From a virus: a stretch of DNA of 64,000 nt. Under the pieces are notes generated by a model. That model did no database searches. It was not told the origin of the DNA and worked only from the letters and a program-made list of their open reading frames with translations. Positions 1 through 9,947 of the stretch are shown here, piece after piece (the first letter of the stretch is position 1; each line of letters begins with the position of its first letter). The stretch lies in the IMG/VR virus record IMGVR_UViG_2684622848_000004, positions 6,232-70,231 of that record. One strand, 5' to 3'. The position numbers and the translations under genes are program-made.

Positions 1-735
1 AGCTCCTGAGGCTTTAATCCCGTTATTGGCTAATACCATCGTCATGGCAGCCATTTCTTTTAGGCTCATACCTGTAGCAGCTGCCAGCGGAGCAACGTAC
101 TTAAAGGTCGTTGCCATTTGCTCAATATCAGTATTGGATTTCGTGGCAGCATAGGCAAGGACGTCTTCAACTTCCTTCATGCTGGAAGCTACCTGCTCAC
201 GAGTTGCCATCGGCAGACGCATTGCCTGAGCGATGTTCGTCATGATATCGGCAGTTTTGGGGATTTCGATATCACCAGCAAGAGAAACATTCAGCGTGGA
301 ACGCAAAGAACCCATCATCTGTTCAAAGTTCATCCCAGCACGGTTGAGCTCAAAGGCTGCTCCGAGAATGTCTTTGTTCAGAGCGGGGAAGTCTGAGTTG
401 AGCGCCATCACATAATTTTCAAGCGATACGCGTTGCTCGTCAGTGATCTGCCCTACTGCCTGTGCAGCATTGCCCATCTTTTTGTAATCGTAAACTGCAC
501 GGGCAGAAGCCGTCGCGGCCATTAAAATACCGGCAGACAAGGGCGCTGTATTTACAGCAGAACGACGTGCAGCGTTTCCAACGGCCCCCATAGCAGCCGG
601 TGCCGCAAGAGAGGCAGTCCTTAAAGATCTCGTTGCAGCAGTAACGGCTGCAAGTGAACCGGCAACAGCTTTGCCAGGTCCACTCACACCGTCAATCAGC
701 CGCATTATCAGCTTGGCTTCGCGACCAGAGGACAT
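1..735 (-). CDS. Tail tape measure protein, TP901-type core (N-terminal part, runs off window)
   Basis: Manual translation from ATG 735 is open to position 1: MSSGREAKLIMRLIDGVSGP...TFKYVAPLAAATGMSLKEMAAMTMVLANNGIKASGA; follows tail chaperone. Confidence 0.92.
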   Translation of the reverse strand, partial: MSSGREAKLIMRLIDGVSGPGKAVAGSLAAVTAATRSLRTASLAAPAAMGAVGNAARRSAVNTAPLSAGILMAATASARAVYDYKKMGNAAQAVGQITDEQRVSLENYVMALNSDFPALNKDILGAAFELNRAGMNFEQMMGSLRSTLNVSLAGDIEIPKTADIMTNIAQAMRLPMATREQVASSMKEVEDVLAYAATKSNTDIEQMATTFKYVAPLAAATGMSLKEMAAMTMVLANNGIKASGA

Positions 736-977
736 ACCATTCTCTCAGATTGTCTTTGAAAAATGCGCCGAGCGCGGGGGTGCCATTTCCCGATCAATTC
801 ATCAAATGGCGTGTCGAGTAAATCTTGTCGGGAAAAGCCGAGTTCTCTTGCAACTTCTGCAGCGTGATCAAACCACAGATCTGTGATCTCTTCCCAAAAG
901 GAGAAATGAGGGACCTCTAACTGTCGTTGTCCCGAATTTGCTCTTGCGCCTGCATTATCAAGCGCTTCGGCAAAAAA
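708..977 (-). other. Programmed -1 frameshift extension (E+E'/GT) of the tail assembly chaperone
   Basis: TTTTTTG at 977-971; -1 frame open for ~90 codons (..WFDHAAEVARELGFSRQDLLDTPFDELIGKWHPRARR..) to TGA 710-708, overlapping the tape measure start. Confidence 0.85.
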
Positions 978-1414
978 GGCACTGCCTTCTCCGTCAGAGT
1001 ATAAAAGTCTTCCCCGTCCAGACCGTCAAACTCTTCATTCGTCAAACCGCATACGACGGCAAGGACGTTGGTATCATTGGCCTGTGCCTGAACAATGGTC
1101 CGGCCAAAGGGCCTGTTCAAAGTTACGTGAGTGATTTCTTTCACAAGAACATCGCCCTCATAAATCTCAATCGGAAATGTCAAGCTCACTGTAACAGGCG
1201 CAGGTGCCCCTCTTCGCAACACTCTGCGCTCAGGTGCCCGCTGTACAGCTGTCTCCTTTATGGCGCGAGGTTCCTCCTGTGTTTCTTTGTTCTTTGGAAA
1301 AAACTCAGCAGACCCCATCGAGGGCTCCATCTGCATTGTCTTTTCAAGTTCCGATTCAGTGAGTTTATCAAGCTCTGACATAGAACCAACGTTGGGGGTA
1401 TCATGAGTAGTCAT
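917..1414 (-). CDS. Tail assembly chaperone (P2 gpE / Mu gp41-like)
   Basis: Between tube and tape measure; C-terminal ..LTNEEFDGLDGEDFYTL.. typical of the family. Confidence 0.85.
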   Translation of the reverse strand: MTTHDTPNVGSMSELDKLTESELEKTMQMEPSMGSAEFFPKNKETQEEPRAIKETAVQRAPERRVLRRGAPAPVTVSLTFPIEIYEGDVLVKEITHVTLNRPFGRTIVQAQANDTNVLAVVCGLTNEEFDGLDGEDFYTLTEKAVPFLPKRLIMQAQEQIRDNDS

Positions 1415-1468
1415 GCAACGCTCCTTGGAGGGTAAAGGATTTCAGTTTGCAAGAGGCAGTGCCTTGGA

Positions 1469-1978
1469 CTAGTAGCCCAAAGCGTTGTTGACTTGCTCAA
1501 GGTGATCCACACCATTAATAATGCGCTTTGGCGGATACGCCTGCAAATGGTGGATGATCTGAGTTCCAGCCATGCGCTTATAATAGCTCACACCTTGAAT
1601 GAGTGCATCAAATCCAGCCTTTTCACCGCGTTGAAGATCGTCTGTGGAGTCTCCGTTAAACTCGCCTTCAACCACAGCAACATGAGGAATGACGTTGCCA
1701 TTCGCCTTGTCCTTCACGGCCAGCCGGAAGGTTGTACGAATTTTCATGCCTGGTTGCTGCCCAATCATGGCTGCTATGTCTGTATTCAAACCAGAAAATT
1801 TGATACCAATCTCGATCGGTTCAAGGGCAGCCATAGGCTGATTTATCCCTAGATCCATACCACCGCCACGATACTCTTGGGTGACTGATTTGGGCATCAT
1901 GAGCTTTACTACTTCCGTGTCGATACCATGATCTTTTCCTGCAACGAACATGGTAAATCCCAGCATAACGTCACGCAT
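1469..1978 (-). CDS. Major tail tube protein (P2 FII-like)
   Basis: EYRGGGMD motif, C-terminal RIINGVDHL; AGGAG RBS; follows sheath. Confidence 0.93.
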   Translation of the reverse strand: MRDVMLGFTMFVAGKDHGIDTEVVKLMMPKSVTQEYRGGGMDLGINQPMAALEPIEIGIKFSGLNTDIAAMIGQQPGMKIRTTFRLAVKDKANGNVIPHVAVVEGEFNGDSTDDLQRGEKAGFDALIQGVSYYKRMAGTQIIHHLQAYPPKRIINGVDHLEQVNNALGY

Positions 1979-2035
1979 CAGGCTGTCTCCTAATTTTTAT
2001 ATAAGGGAAAAAAGGCGTCAAAAACGCCGTGAATA

Positions 2036-3499
2036 TCAGAGAGCTGCAGAGTTCATGCGACCAATTTCTCGGGTCACGCTTTCGGCCAGTTTAGCGTAGT
2101 ATCCGTTGTTACGGTTGAACTCGAAGACAATGGTTTCAATTGGCGCAGGTGTTTCTGCGTCGTAGGAAACGTAGAGTTTTCCGGATTGCCACGTCAGCGG
2201 TGTGTTCAACTGTGGATCAAACCAAACCTCGCCACCCAGCGTAGCACCTAGCCCCGCCCATCGGCGTAATGCACCGTTGACTGTCTCGGCAATATCCGTA
2301 AGCGTTTGCAGGTTAAATGGCTTATCAATGAAAGGTGCATGAGCGATCTCGATGCTCTCAATGATGATATCGTGACCACGACGAACAGACCAAAACTTGT
2401 TGAGTGGATCCGCACTTAGGTTTCGACCACCAAATAGCTTAAACCCACCGGTCTCTTCACGAACGACCGTTGTGATATTGTTGCGGTTTAAATGTTGAGA
2501 CTCAGCAGAAACGTCATACATGGAATGTTCAATTGGACGGCTGGTGCCCAAAACCCCTTCCAGGACCCGGTTTGATGGCGAGTGCCAGAACCCTTTTTCA
2601 TAATCAACACGAGCCTGCAACCCTGCAGCACGAGCGGAAGTAGGTTCAGAAATAATCTCACCATCACGCTCTACCTTAACGAAGGGATCAATCATCATGA
2701 ATGGCCGGTCGCTATCATACCCCAATCGGTAATCGAGAGCGTCTTCAAGAAGACCGTTTGGCCCATCAACAATCACACCAGCTCGTAAAGTTCGGCAAAG
2801 TGAATGAAGGCCAGCGGCAACCGGGTTATTCACTGTCCCAACCGTTGCAGTCGCAGCTGCACCTGTTCCTTCACCACCTGTAAAAGTAACGGAAGGAGCG
2901 GTCGTGTAACCCCACCCAGGGTTGCTCACGATAATTTCGGTGAGTTTACCAGTACTACTGTCAATGATTGCAAGGGCCTCTGCCCCTTGACCACCACCAC
3001 CGGTAAGTTGGAGGTTAGGCGCACTGGTATAACCACTGCCAGCATCTGTAAGTTCAATCGATGCCAATCCATCAGTCGGTTTTAATGACGTAAAGCTAGG
3101 TGCGATGAGGAGTTTCGGCTTTGCTCCCAGCAATGGATAGGCAAGGCGAAGTGCATGCATACCTGTACGAGCAGCAGAATTGCCAAGAACATTACTCATG
3201 GTATCAGCAATGTTGTCTTCTTCTTCAACACGGATAGCCACAACAGTCTGAGAAACTTTGCGACTACTGTGATCATGAATACCTTTAAGAAATTGCGGGA
3301 GTGTTCCGTTATCACCAAGGCCCTGCATATCGTCACCATCACCAAGGATCAACTTAGCTTTGTCCTTGCTCCATAACGTATCGTCCGCGTCTGGTGCAGT
3401 TCCAATGATGCCAATCACGCCTGTATCAATAGTTTGAACAGGACGCGGGCCGTTGTTATTCTCGACCGTTTCGATGCCGTGAAGTTGAATATCAGACAT
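2036..3499 (-). CDS. Tail sheath protein (P2 FI-like)
   Basis: LHGIETVE N-terminus, GFWHSPSNRVL, LFGGRNLS motifs. Confidence 0.95.
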   Translation of the reverse strand: MSDIQLHGIETVENNNGPRPVQTIDTGVIGIIGTAPDADDTLWSKDKAKLILGDGDDMQGLGDNGTLPQFLKGIHDHSSRKVSQTVVAIRVEEEDNIADTMSNVLGNSAARTGMHALRLAYPLLGAKPKLLIAPSFTSLKPTDGLASIELTDAGSGYTSAPNLQLTGGGGQGAEALAIIDSSTGKLTEIIVSNPGWGYTTAPSVTFTGGEGTGAAATATVGTVNNPVAAGLHSLCRTLRAGVIVDGPNGLLEDALDYRLGYDSDRPFMMIDPFVKVERDGEIISEPTSARAAGLQARVDYEKGFWHSPSNRVLEGVLGTSRPIEHSMYDVSAESQHLNRNNITTVVREETGGFKLFGGRNLSADPLNKFWSVRRGHDIIIESIEIAHAPFIDKPFNLQTLTDIAETVNGALRRWAGLGATLGGEVWFDPQLNTPLTWQSGKLYVSYDAETPAPIETIVFEFNRNNGYYAKLAESVTREIGRMNSAAL

Positions 3500-3542
3500 G
3501 ATTTCCTCATGGATTGTGTACCCGGCATCAAACTCCGGGCAT

Positions 3543-3576
3543 TAAAAAACCCGCTCCAGCGATCTGCTGTGCGGGT
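3543..3576 (-). terminator. Intrinsic terminator after tail fibre genes
   Basis: ACCCGC/GCGGGT stem followed by T6 on minus strand. Confidence 0.6.
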
Positions 3577-3604
3577 GGGTTAGACTGGGGTAAGTGATGT
3601 TGGT

Positions 3605-4243
3605 TTAGGAGGCTACAGCCTCTGAATTCAGAATATCAGGAAGGGTTTGTGACTGGTCCCACAGCTCGTCCTGGGAAGGGTCAGGGATCGGGTCAAGTTG
3701 CTGGATTTGTGCAGAACGCTCCAAAACAAATGATCGGTACAGGATTGCAGCGCTGTAGACCGCTTCGACCTGCTCGCGGGTGGTAAACGTGAGCGTATCG
3801 CCTGCCTCTGTTGAGTATGTGCGACCCTCTGCTTCTACCAAGCCCATGTCGAATACGTCCATGAGTTCGCGGAGCCTTTGGAGGGATTGCTCGTTGGTTT
3901 TAAATTGCGTGCCGTTGATTTGAGCGCCAATCTCAATAAGTGCCTCAGCCTGATAAGCGACTTGCAAGCGCTCAAAAGTCACCGGCACATCAACCCATGT
4001 TTCAGCCCCAGCGTCCCACTCACAATTTGCATTAGGTTTAAGAGGAACCTCTACCGTCCCCTCTGGGTAATCATCAGTAAAATGGTGAGGCCGATCAGGC
4101 GTTACCCAACCTCCCGGTACCGTGTTTCCGTCCTCATCAACGCTATCTGGTAACTGATAGTCCTCAGGCACAACAGGTGCATGGTAATCATTAACCTGCC
4201 AATAGCCGCGCTCTGAGTGGTAAAAGCCTTTATCCATAACCAT
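3605..4243 (-). CDS. Tail fibre assembly/chaperone protein (DUF4376-like)
   Basis: GFYHSERGYWQ, VPLKPNANCEW N-terminus and helical C-terminus; directly after fibre. Confidence 0.6.
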   Translation of the reverse strand: MVMDKGFYHSERGYWQVNDYHAPVVPEDYQLPDSVDEDGNTVPGGWVTPDRPHHFTDDYPEGTVEVPLKPNANCEWDAGAETWVDVPVTFERLQVAYQAEALIEIGAQINGTQFKTNEQSLQRLRELMDVFDMGLVEAEGRTYSTEAGDTLTFTTREQVEAVYSAAILYRSFVLERSAQIQQLDPIPDPSQDELWDQSQTLPDILNSEAVAS

Positions 4244-5550
4244 TAGCTACTGCACTCCATCCATTTCGTGAAGTTGCCCAATACCTGATAATAACTACCG
4301 GGCGGAATTGGGATAGGTGCGGAACCAGCATAGATTGATAGGTGTTGTGAATTGTCGCTTGAAACAGACATGGCTACATAGGTCGCATTGTAAGATATGA
4401 AAATTAAACCATCACTTGTATTTTGATAGACAGTATTAGGGCTGCGAGATGCGGTCACATCCTTCCACTCCATGCCCTGTAACCAGCCATCAACCTGCCC
4501 GATTCCTGCTGCTTCGGCCATTGCCGCCAAGTTGCCTTCATGGACACCTTCATGATCTCCAACAAGCACCTTGCCTATTTGAATAATAGAGTTTCCCTTG
4601 GCTTTGTATTCCTTATCAGACACGCAGTGCCAAGTATTAGTAACATCGTCATGCCAGAAGTGATCTACATTTTCACTGGTTTCATACGTGTCGATGCCCC
4701 CAGAGCAACTAGTAATAATTGCATTGTTGGGAATAAATAGGGGCTTTTCAAAGCTCTGGAAATCGCTAAATGTATTTTCCTGATCCAGTGAGGCCAATCC
4801 TGCCGCCTCTGCCATTTCAGCGAGGTTGCCCTCGTTTACATACATGACCCAATTTGAGCCCCACGTTTCGGCGTCAATGGATGCACGAGTGTATAATGCG
4901 CCAGTCTCTTTTCCTACAAACACTTGTAAACAACGTATATCGCTTTCTCTTACAGTTAGGCACGTGCCATGATTTACAGGTCCACCACCACTAGCACTCA
5001 CTTGTTGGTGAGACAGGCCAAACGGGTAATTTTTAGGTGGTAGATTTAGATCGTTTTCAGACGTTGACTGAAATGAAGGAGCGCTTTGGGTTCCGCTGAA
5101 CGCGTTTACAGCATCAAGTTTTGCCTTGCCAGCAAGCGCGTCCGATAGACCAGTAATTGTGCTCAAATCGTGCGTGTGGCTATTGTCTGCCTTACCTGCC
5201 AGCACTGCAGTTAGAGCTGTGGTAGTGACAAGATTTTGCCCCAGTCCCCACCCGTTATTGATGCGCATCAACACGGCACCAACAGCAGCCCCTTGGACGC
5301 TTACATCACTTAAGTCATCAAGAGCGTGATCATGGGTTACTGGTGCCAGGCCAGACAGGCTTTCGATTAACCCGTTGATGCCGGACACCTCGTGCCCGTG
5401 GCCCTCTGATGATTTGCCAGTTATATCAATCAGGACTTGCGCGAGGACAGTGTCCAGGTGAGAAATAAGTTGATTGACTTTACCATGATCGAGGGATACC
5501 TGCGCACTGCTGTCAAGCAACGGCAGGCCGAGATTGGGTGTGGTTGCCAT
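4243..5550 (-). CDS. Tail fibre protein
   Basis: TPNLGLPL start, repeated HxHxxxxITGL motifs, knob-like QVF...LYTR..W..W segment. Confidence 0.85.
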   Translation of the reverse strand: MATTPNLGLPLLDSSAQVSLDHGKVNQLISHLDTVLAQVLIDITGKSSEGHGHEVSGINGLIESLSGLAPVTHDHALDDLSDVSVQGAAVGAVLMRINNGWGLGQNLVTTTALTAVLAGKADNSHTHDLSTITGLSDALAGKAKLDAVNAFSGTQSAPSFQSTSENDLNLPPKNYPFGLSHQQVSASGGGPVNHGTCLTVRESDIRCLQVFVGKETGALYTRASIDAETWGSNWVMYVNEGNLAEMAEAAGLASLDQENTFSDFQSFEKPLFIPNNAIITSCSGGIDTYETSENVDHFWHDDVTNTWHCVSDKEYKAKGNSIIQIGKVLVGDHEGVHEGNLAAMAEAAGIGQVDGWLQGMEWKDVTASRSPNTVYQNTSDGLIFISYNATYVAMSVSSDNSQHLSIYAGSAPIPIPPGSYYQVLGNFTKWMECSS

Positions 5551-5561
5551 CGGTAGCCTCC

Positions 5562-8500
5562 TTAAATTGCAGTCGCACGCAGCTCAGCCAACATGGGACG
5601 CACTGCAGGTGCTCCAGTCAGCTCAATCTCAATCGCACTCGTGGAACCCACGGCCCGATCAAGCTCATAAGTCACGTCTTCCCAGCCACCAATTTGCAAA
5701 ATTTCCGCTGATTTCTTGGGAACATCAACAAAGCTTCCATCTGCCTGCCTCAGGCGTACGGAAACAGCAGACCCACTAGGCACATACTGTTTCAATCGTA
5801 CAGGAAACCGCAGAGCGCCATCCGTATCAAATGCACGGCTTACGTAATTGGCAGCTTCAGCCATCGAGCCTTCACGTACCTGTATGCCTGGGAACAGGCG
5901 CGGACTGGCGTAGGCCGTGCCTTTCAAAATCGCTGCAACTGAAATATCCTCTGTGATCCAATTATCAAATTGATAGTTTTCAAAGGGTTGCAAAAGAATT
6001 TTCTCGCTGTTCGCACGGGTGATCTCAAACAATACTGAACAGCCTGTATCTGGCAGGTCACAGGTGGCAGCCACTTGTAAGTCCGAGCAGCGATCCAACG
6101 AAACACTACCCAGCTCAACGCGTGCTGTATCCAGCGTGAAAAGCGCCGCCCCCACCTTGAAAGTTAAGTCAGAACTATGGATCGGGACCCAGGTTGAATT
6201 GTTCGAGCTCTCAAGTTCAACGCCATTTGTGTACGGTTGTGCAGTTAATTTCCGCTTATTGATCTCATCGTACCCACCCAGTTCCGCCGCCGATATTGAA
6301 TGCTCAGGGTCCGGTGTTTGTGCGATCAATGCCCATTGCCGGGTATTGCTCAAGTAGGGCAAACTTTCAAAAAAGCATTCATGCGGTGCGCCGATTGTCA
6401 CTGTGTTCATGTCAATCAGTGTGCGGGCAACGCTTACATGTGTTGGGTAGCCGGACTCGTCCAGCTCACGGATTTCAACAAGTACCGGCACATCGGGATC
6501 GCCAAGATGGCAGAACCACAAGGTTGCGCTGGCGCAGTGCCGCGAATGAAACGGCCAGCTAAATGTTTGCCCGCGAGGGTCAACATCGCCATCGCTGCCA
6601 TCGCGATCATTATTGTTGCTTGGTGTCGGCGGCGGTGCTGGGGTTGGGTCCGGTTCTGGCACAGGTACAGGCACCGGCACCTCTGTAATCACTTCCCGGA
6701 TAATCACTTCAGGCGGTGGCAGCTGCAGCACTGTGGTTGTAATCTGTTGCATGGTCCGTGTAGTGATCATGCCCTGTCCAACGTGCTGTCCATAAGCGCG
6801 AGAGCCACCCTCACCATAAGCCTCGATCAGCTTGGTCCCGGCTGCAAAGGTGTTGCTGGGAATATCAAGATTGAATGAGATCTTCCCCTCATTATCCCCG
6901 ATCAGATCATCCGAAGGGGTCATATCTACTTCATCAAAAAATACCTTCTCCAGCTTTTCACCATCGCCAAACCCCTCAAGATCAATCACGAGAGATTTTG
7001 CGCGGATAAACTCAGCAGGTTCTTCCGCTTCACCAACCACACTGTTTTCAACCACAGTGCCAGGTTCATCTCCATAAACCCGATGAGATACAGCTGACAG
7101 CCATGTCTCATCAATATCAGTCCAGTAATCAACAGCTGGTATTACCGTCATTTTTGCAGGAAACGGGGTGTGGTTGGCAAAGCGGTTGATCAACTTGCAG
7201 GTCGTCTGTGTGGTCTGCTCAACCACCTGTTCCACCTCATATGGCAGCATTTCAATAGCACCGTGAGCAAGCTCATGGACGGTCACCGTAAGGGGCGCTC
7301 GCAGTAACCCTTCACGGGTCGCTGCATTTTGAGAGATGCCTGCGTCACGCCAGCGGTCATCGACGAATGAGTCAACAAACATGCCCTTTTTTGCAACAGG
7401 TTCCTTGTCATGAATATCCAGTTGCAATCGATTGAGCGCGACCAAATCGAGCGCCTGCACCAAGCGATAATACATTGCTGCAATTGCATCGAACGTAAAG
7501 TTATGTGTGCCGTTGTTGATGACAGCCGGAACGCCATCAAATGAATTATGCACTTCCGCAAGCTTTAGCAGATGTTGCGGTGCAGCTGGGACCACAGGGC
7601 GGACATGCGGTAATCCGTGCACGTACTGGGGCACCCCATTTTGATCAAGGCAAACCAGATCAATCCGAGGTAAACGTTTTTTGTAGGTGATCTGCACATC
7701 ACCGCCGTCCTGACCGGCAGGCAGGCGCAACCGATAAAGCTCAGTATCAAGCGGCTGAACAGCTTCAAAATAACGATAGGAAACAGTCATACTCGAACCG
7801 GAAGAGGGTTCATCGCCACTCAAAGACCAGTCAATCTGATCGGCTGTCAGTTGCCAGCTCTGCCCTTCTTGATAGCTTGTAGATCCTACCTTGACAGAAA
7901 GAATTTCCCGCACACTGTCAAATGCAAGGGCATCGCGACCACCAGCCACGCCTTTGGTGACTGCCTCGGTGTGCTCACGCTCAATCAAGGTCTGTACAAC
8001 ACTGTCAATTGGACCTTGCCGGATATCGACCCAAAAGTCAGAGCTGCCCTCAACACTGTGAAATTCAGCATCAATCTGGGCAGTCGCCCATCCTTCTTCC
8101 GCCAAAAGACGCAGCGCCCCTTCGCGTTGGCGCTTAAAGCCGTTAATGTTGGCAATGCCGCCCGCAATTGAAAACGCCTGTGCTATGCCGTCTATCCCTA
8201 GCGCGGTTACCTGGCAGCCCTCAACAATATAGTGGCCTCTAGCCTGCACATCATAAAGGCTGATCGCCTGCATCGTGGTAGAAAGCTCAGTTGGTGATGA
8301 GGTATCCAACAACACGCCACCAATGACGCGGTGGACAGGGTAGAATATCCCCTCGCCGCCATCATCAGGCAGCGCCCAGACAAGGCTCTTTTCTTCGCGG
8401 CAAGCCCCACCCTCACCTTCAGCTTCAGTTCCCGGTGCCAGCCCTACCAGCGTTGGATCGTCTTCAGGGCCAGTGTTTTTTGACATCAACCGAACACCTA

Positions 8501-8822
8501 CATCCAGCGTGCCGGAAAACTCTACACCCTCAAAAAGTGCAGCCACTACAGGGCGCACGTCACCATCAATATAAATTTCACCTTCCTGCAGCTGCAGGGT
8601 CCCTGCGCCCACATTCACTTGCAGACCAGCCCCAGAAACCCGATCCCCATCACGGGAGGATAAAGAGCCAGCCCGAGCTGCCTGCCTTGCTGCAATAGCC
8701 TGCATTTCATTGAGCTCAGCACCTTGCAAAAACTGCCCTTCCCGGAAAATCAGCGAGGAGTCATTGGGACGAGCGGACGAGCGGTCATAGGCACCCGGTA
8801 CAAGCGGATGTTCAAAAGCCAT
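5562..8822 (-). CDS. Large baseplate/tail structural protein (DUF4815-like)
   Basis: FREGQFLQGAELNEMQ N-terminus, GMFVDSFVDD motif; between gpI and fibre. Confidence 0.8.
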   Translation of the reverse strand: MAFEHPLVPGAYDRSSARPNDSSLIFREGQFLQGAELNEMQAIAARQAARAGSLSSRDGDRVSGAGLQVNVGAGTLQLQEGEIYIDGDVRPVVAALFEGVEFSGTLDVGVRLMSKNTGPEDDPTLVGLAPGTEAEGEGGACREEKSLVWALPDDGGEGIFYPVHRVIGGVLLDTSSPTELSTTMQAISLYDVQARGHYIVEGCQVTALGIDGIAQAFSIAGGIANINGFKRQREGALRLLAEEGWATAQIDAEFHSVEGSSDFWVDIRQGPIDSVVQTLIEREHTEAVTKGVAGGRDALAFDSVREILSVKVGSTSYQEGQSWQLTADQIDWSLSGDEPSSGSSMTVSYRYFEAVQPLDTELYRLRLPAGQDGGDVQITYKKRLPRIDLVCLDQNGVPQYVHGLPHVRPVVPAAPQHLLKLAEVHNSFDGVPAVINNGTHNFTFDAIAAMYYRLVQALDLVALNRLQLDIHDKEPVAKKGMFVDSFVDDRWRDAGISQNAATREGLLRAPLTVTVHELAHGAIEMLPYEVEQVVEQTTQTTCKLINRFANHTPFPAKMTVIPAVDYWTDIDETWLSAVSHRVYGDEPGTVVENSVVGEAEEPAEFIRAKSLVIDLEGFGDGEKLEKVFFDEVDMTPSDDLIGDNEGKISFNLDIPSNTFAAGTKLIEAYGEGGSRAYGQHVGQGMITTRTMQQITTTVLQLPPPEVIIREVITEVPVPVPVPEPDPTPAPPPTPSNNNDRDGSDGDVDPRGQTFSWPFHSRHCASATLWFCHLGDPDVPVLVEIRELDESGYPTHVSVARTLIDMNTVTIGAPHECFFESLPYLSNTRQWALIAQTPDPEHSISAAELGGYDEINKRKLTAQPYTNGVELESSNNSTWVPIHSSDLTFKVGAALFTLDTARVELGSVSLDRCSDLQVAATCDLPDTGCSVLFEITRANSEKILLQPFENYQFDNWITEDISVAAILKGTAYASPRLFPGIQVREGSMAEAANYVSRAFDTDGALRFPVRLKQYVPSGSAVSVRLRQADGSFVDVPKKSAEILQIGGWEDVTYELDRAVGSTSAIEIELTGAPAVRPMLAELRATAI

Positions 8823-8837
8823 GGGGCAATCCTTATT

Positions 8838-9947
8838 TTATGAAAAGCTGAGCAAAAGCTTGATGCGCTCGCGGCGTGTATGTTGAAACTCAAAGGCCAA
8901 CGGCTGGTGAAGCACAGGAGCAATCGGCGTGACGATCTGGTCAGGGAGCAGCCAGCTTTGCGCCTGAGGCAAACCCACGACTGGCTTTGCTCCCATCAAA
9001 AGCGCTATTGAGTGGAGCTCCTCACCAGCTCCGTTTCCAAACCCGGTCAAGGCCTCAATGAAAACCCGTTGTCCAGCAGGGTCAGGCCCGACCTTTTCAC
9101 CATTAATTTGATATGTTGTGGTTTCCGATGAAACCTGCTGTGTGATTTTAAACCGCCGAGCACCAATCAGTGACCCGTCTTCCCGGTAAAAGCCCAGATA
9201 CCCACCAAGGCGGACAAACTCGCCCGCCATAAATCGTTGTGCCGTCCCTGCGCCTAAATCTTCCCAGGGAACATCAACGCCTTCCCATGGCACGGTTAGG
9301 TCATCCCAGCTCAACCCGTCTCCGCCATCAATGTGGATACCAAGAGCCTGCTGAGTTGCTTTATCAAGTGCCAACGCGATTTCGTGATACTGCCCAAAGC
9401 TCCACTTGGTTTGATCTTCGCCAACCCGAACGCCGGAATGCGCAGATAAAATTGTAGACCCGAGTTTTGAATAAGAGAGTTCCAGCGCTCTGATATCGTA
9501 ACCACGGAAAACGCGAGCAACTTTAGTCCTTCGGGAAACAGACAACCGGGCAACCCCGGCAACACGAGGCAGATCAGCCTCAGTTATTGGCAGCCTATCA
9601 AGAGCCAGTTGGTCCCAGTGCCACTTGCGCCGCCTGCTTGGAGCAACTTCAAGCGTTCCGCCGTACCCGATAAACCCAAGACCTTTGTAAACAGCCGCCT
9701 CAAACCCGCGAATACGCAGCCATTCCAACCCGTCATCATATAGCTCATAAACGTTGTCAACGTATGGGCTTAGCATCCCCAAGCCGGTTTCTTCTATCAG
9801 GTGCGGCATGATACGCGGTTGTGGGTTTGCCCACTTCATGCCCATGTTTTCAATATGTGGTCGTAATTGTTCAACTTCACTTTGTAAGTTTTTGCCAACT
9901 AAGCGGACCCATAGCTCTGCCGACTGCGGCGTCAATCCAGAACTCAT
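8838..9947 (-). CDS. Baseplate/tail protein (P2 gpI-like)
   Basis: Follows gpJ; MPHLIEETGL...GLEWLRIRG..AV..GL pattern. Confidence 0.8.
   Translation of the reverse strand: MSSGLTPQSAELWVRLVGKNLQSEVEQLRPHIENMGMKWANPQPRIMPHLIEETGLGMLSPYVDNVYELYDDGLEWLRIRGFEAAVYKGLGFIGYGGTLEVAPSRRRKWHWDQLALDRLPITEADLPRVAGVARLSVSRRTKVARVFRGYDIRALELSYSKLGSTILSAHSGVRVGEDQTKWSFGQYHEIALALDKATQQALGIHIDGGDGLSWDDLTVPWEGVDVPWEDLGAGTAQRFMAGEFVRLGGYLGFYREDGSLIGARRFKITQQVSSETTTYQINGEKVGPDPAGQRVFIEALTGFGNGAGEELHSIALLMGAKPVVGLPQAQSWLLPDQIVTPIAPVLHQPLAFEFQHTRRERIKLLLSFS

Noticed and set aside
3605-8822. DGR or invertible tail-fibre cassette
   Set aside because: No reverse transcriptase, no serine invertase, no near-identical TR/VR pair or inverted crossover sites seen
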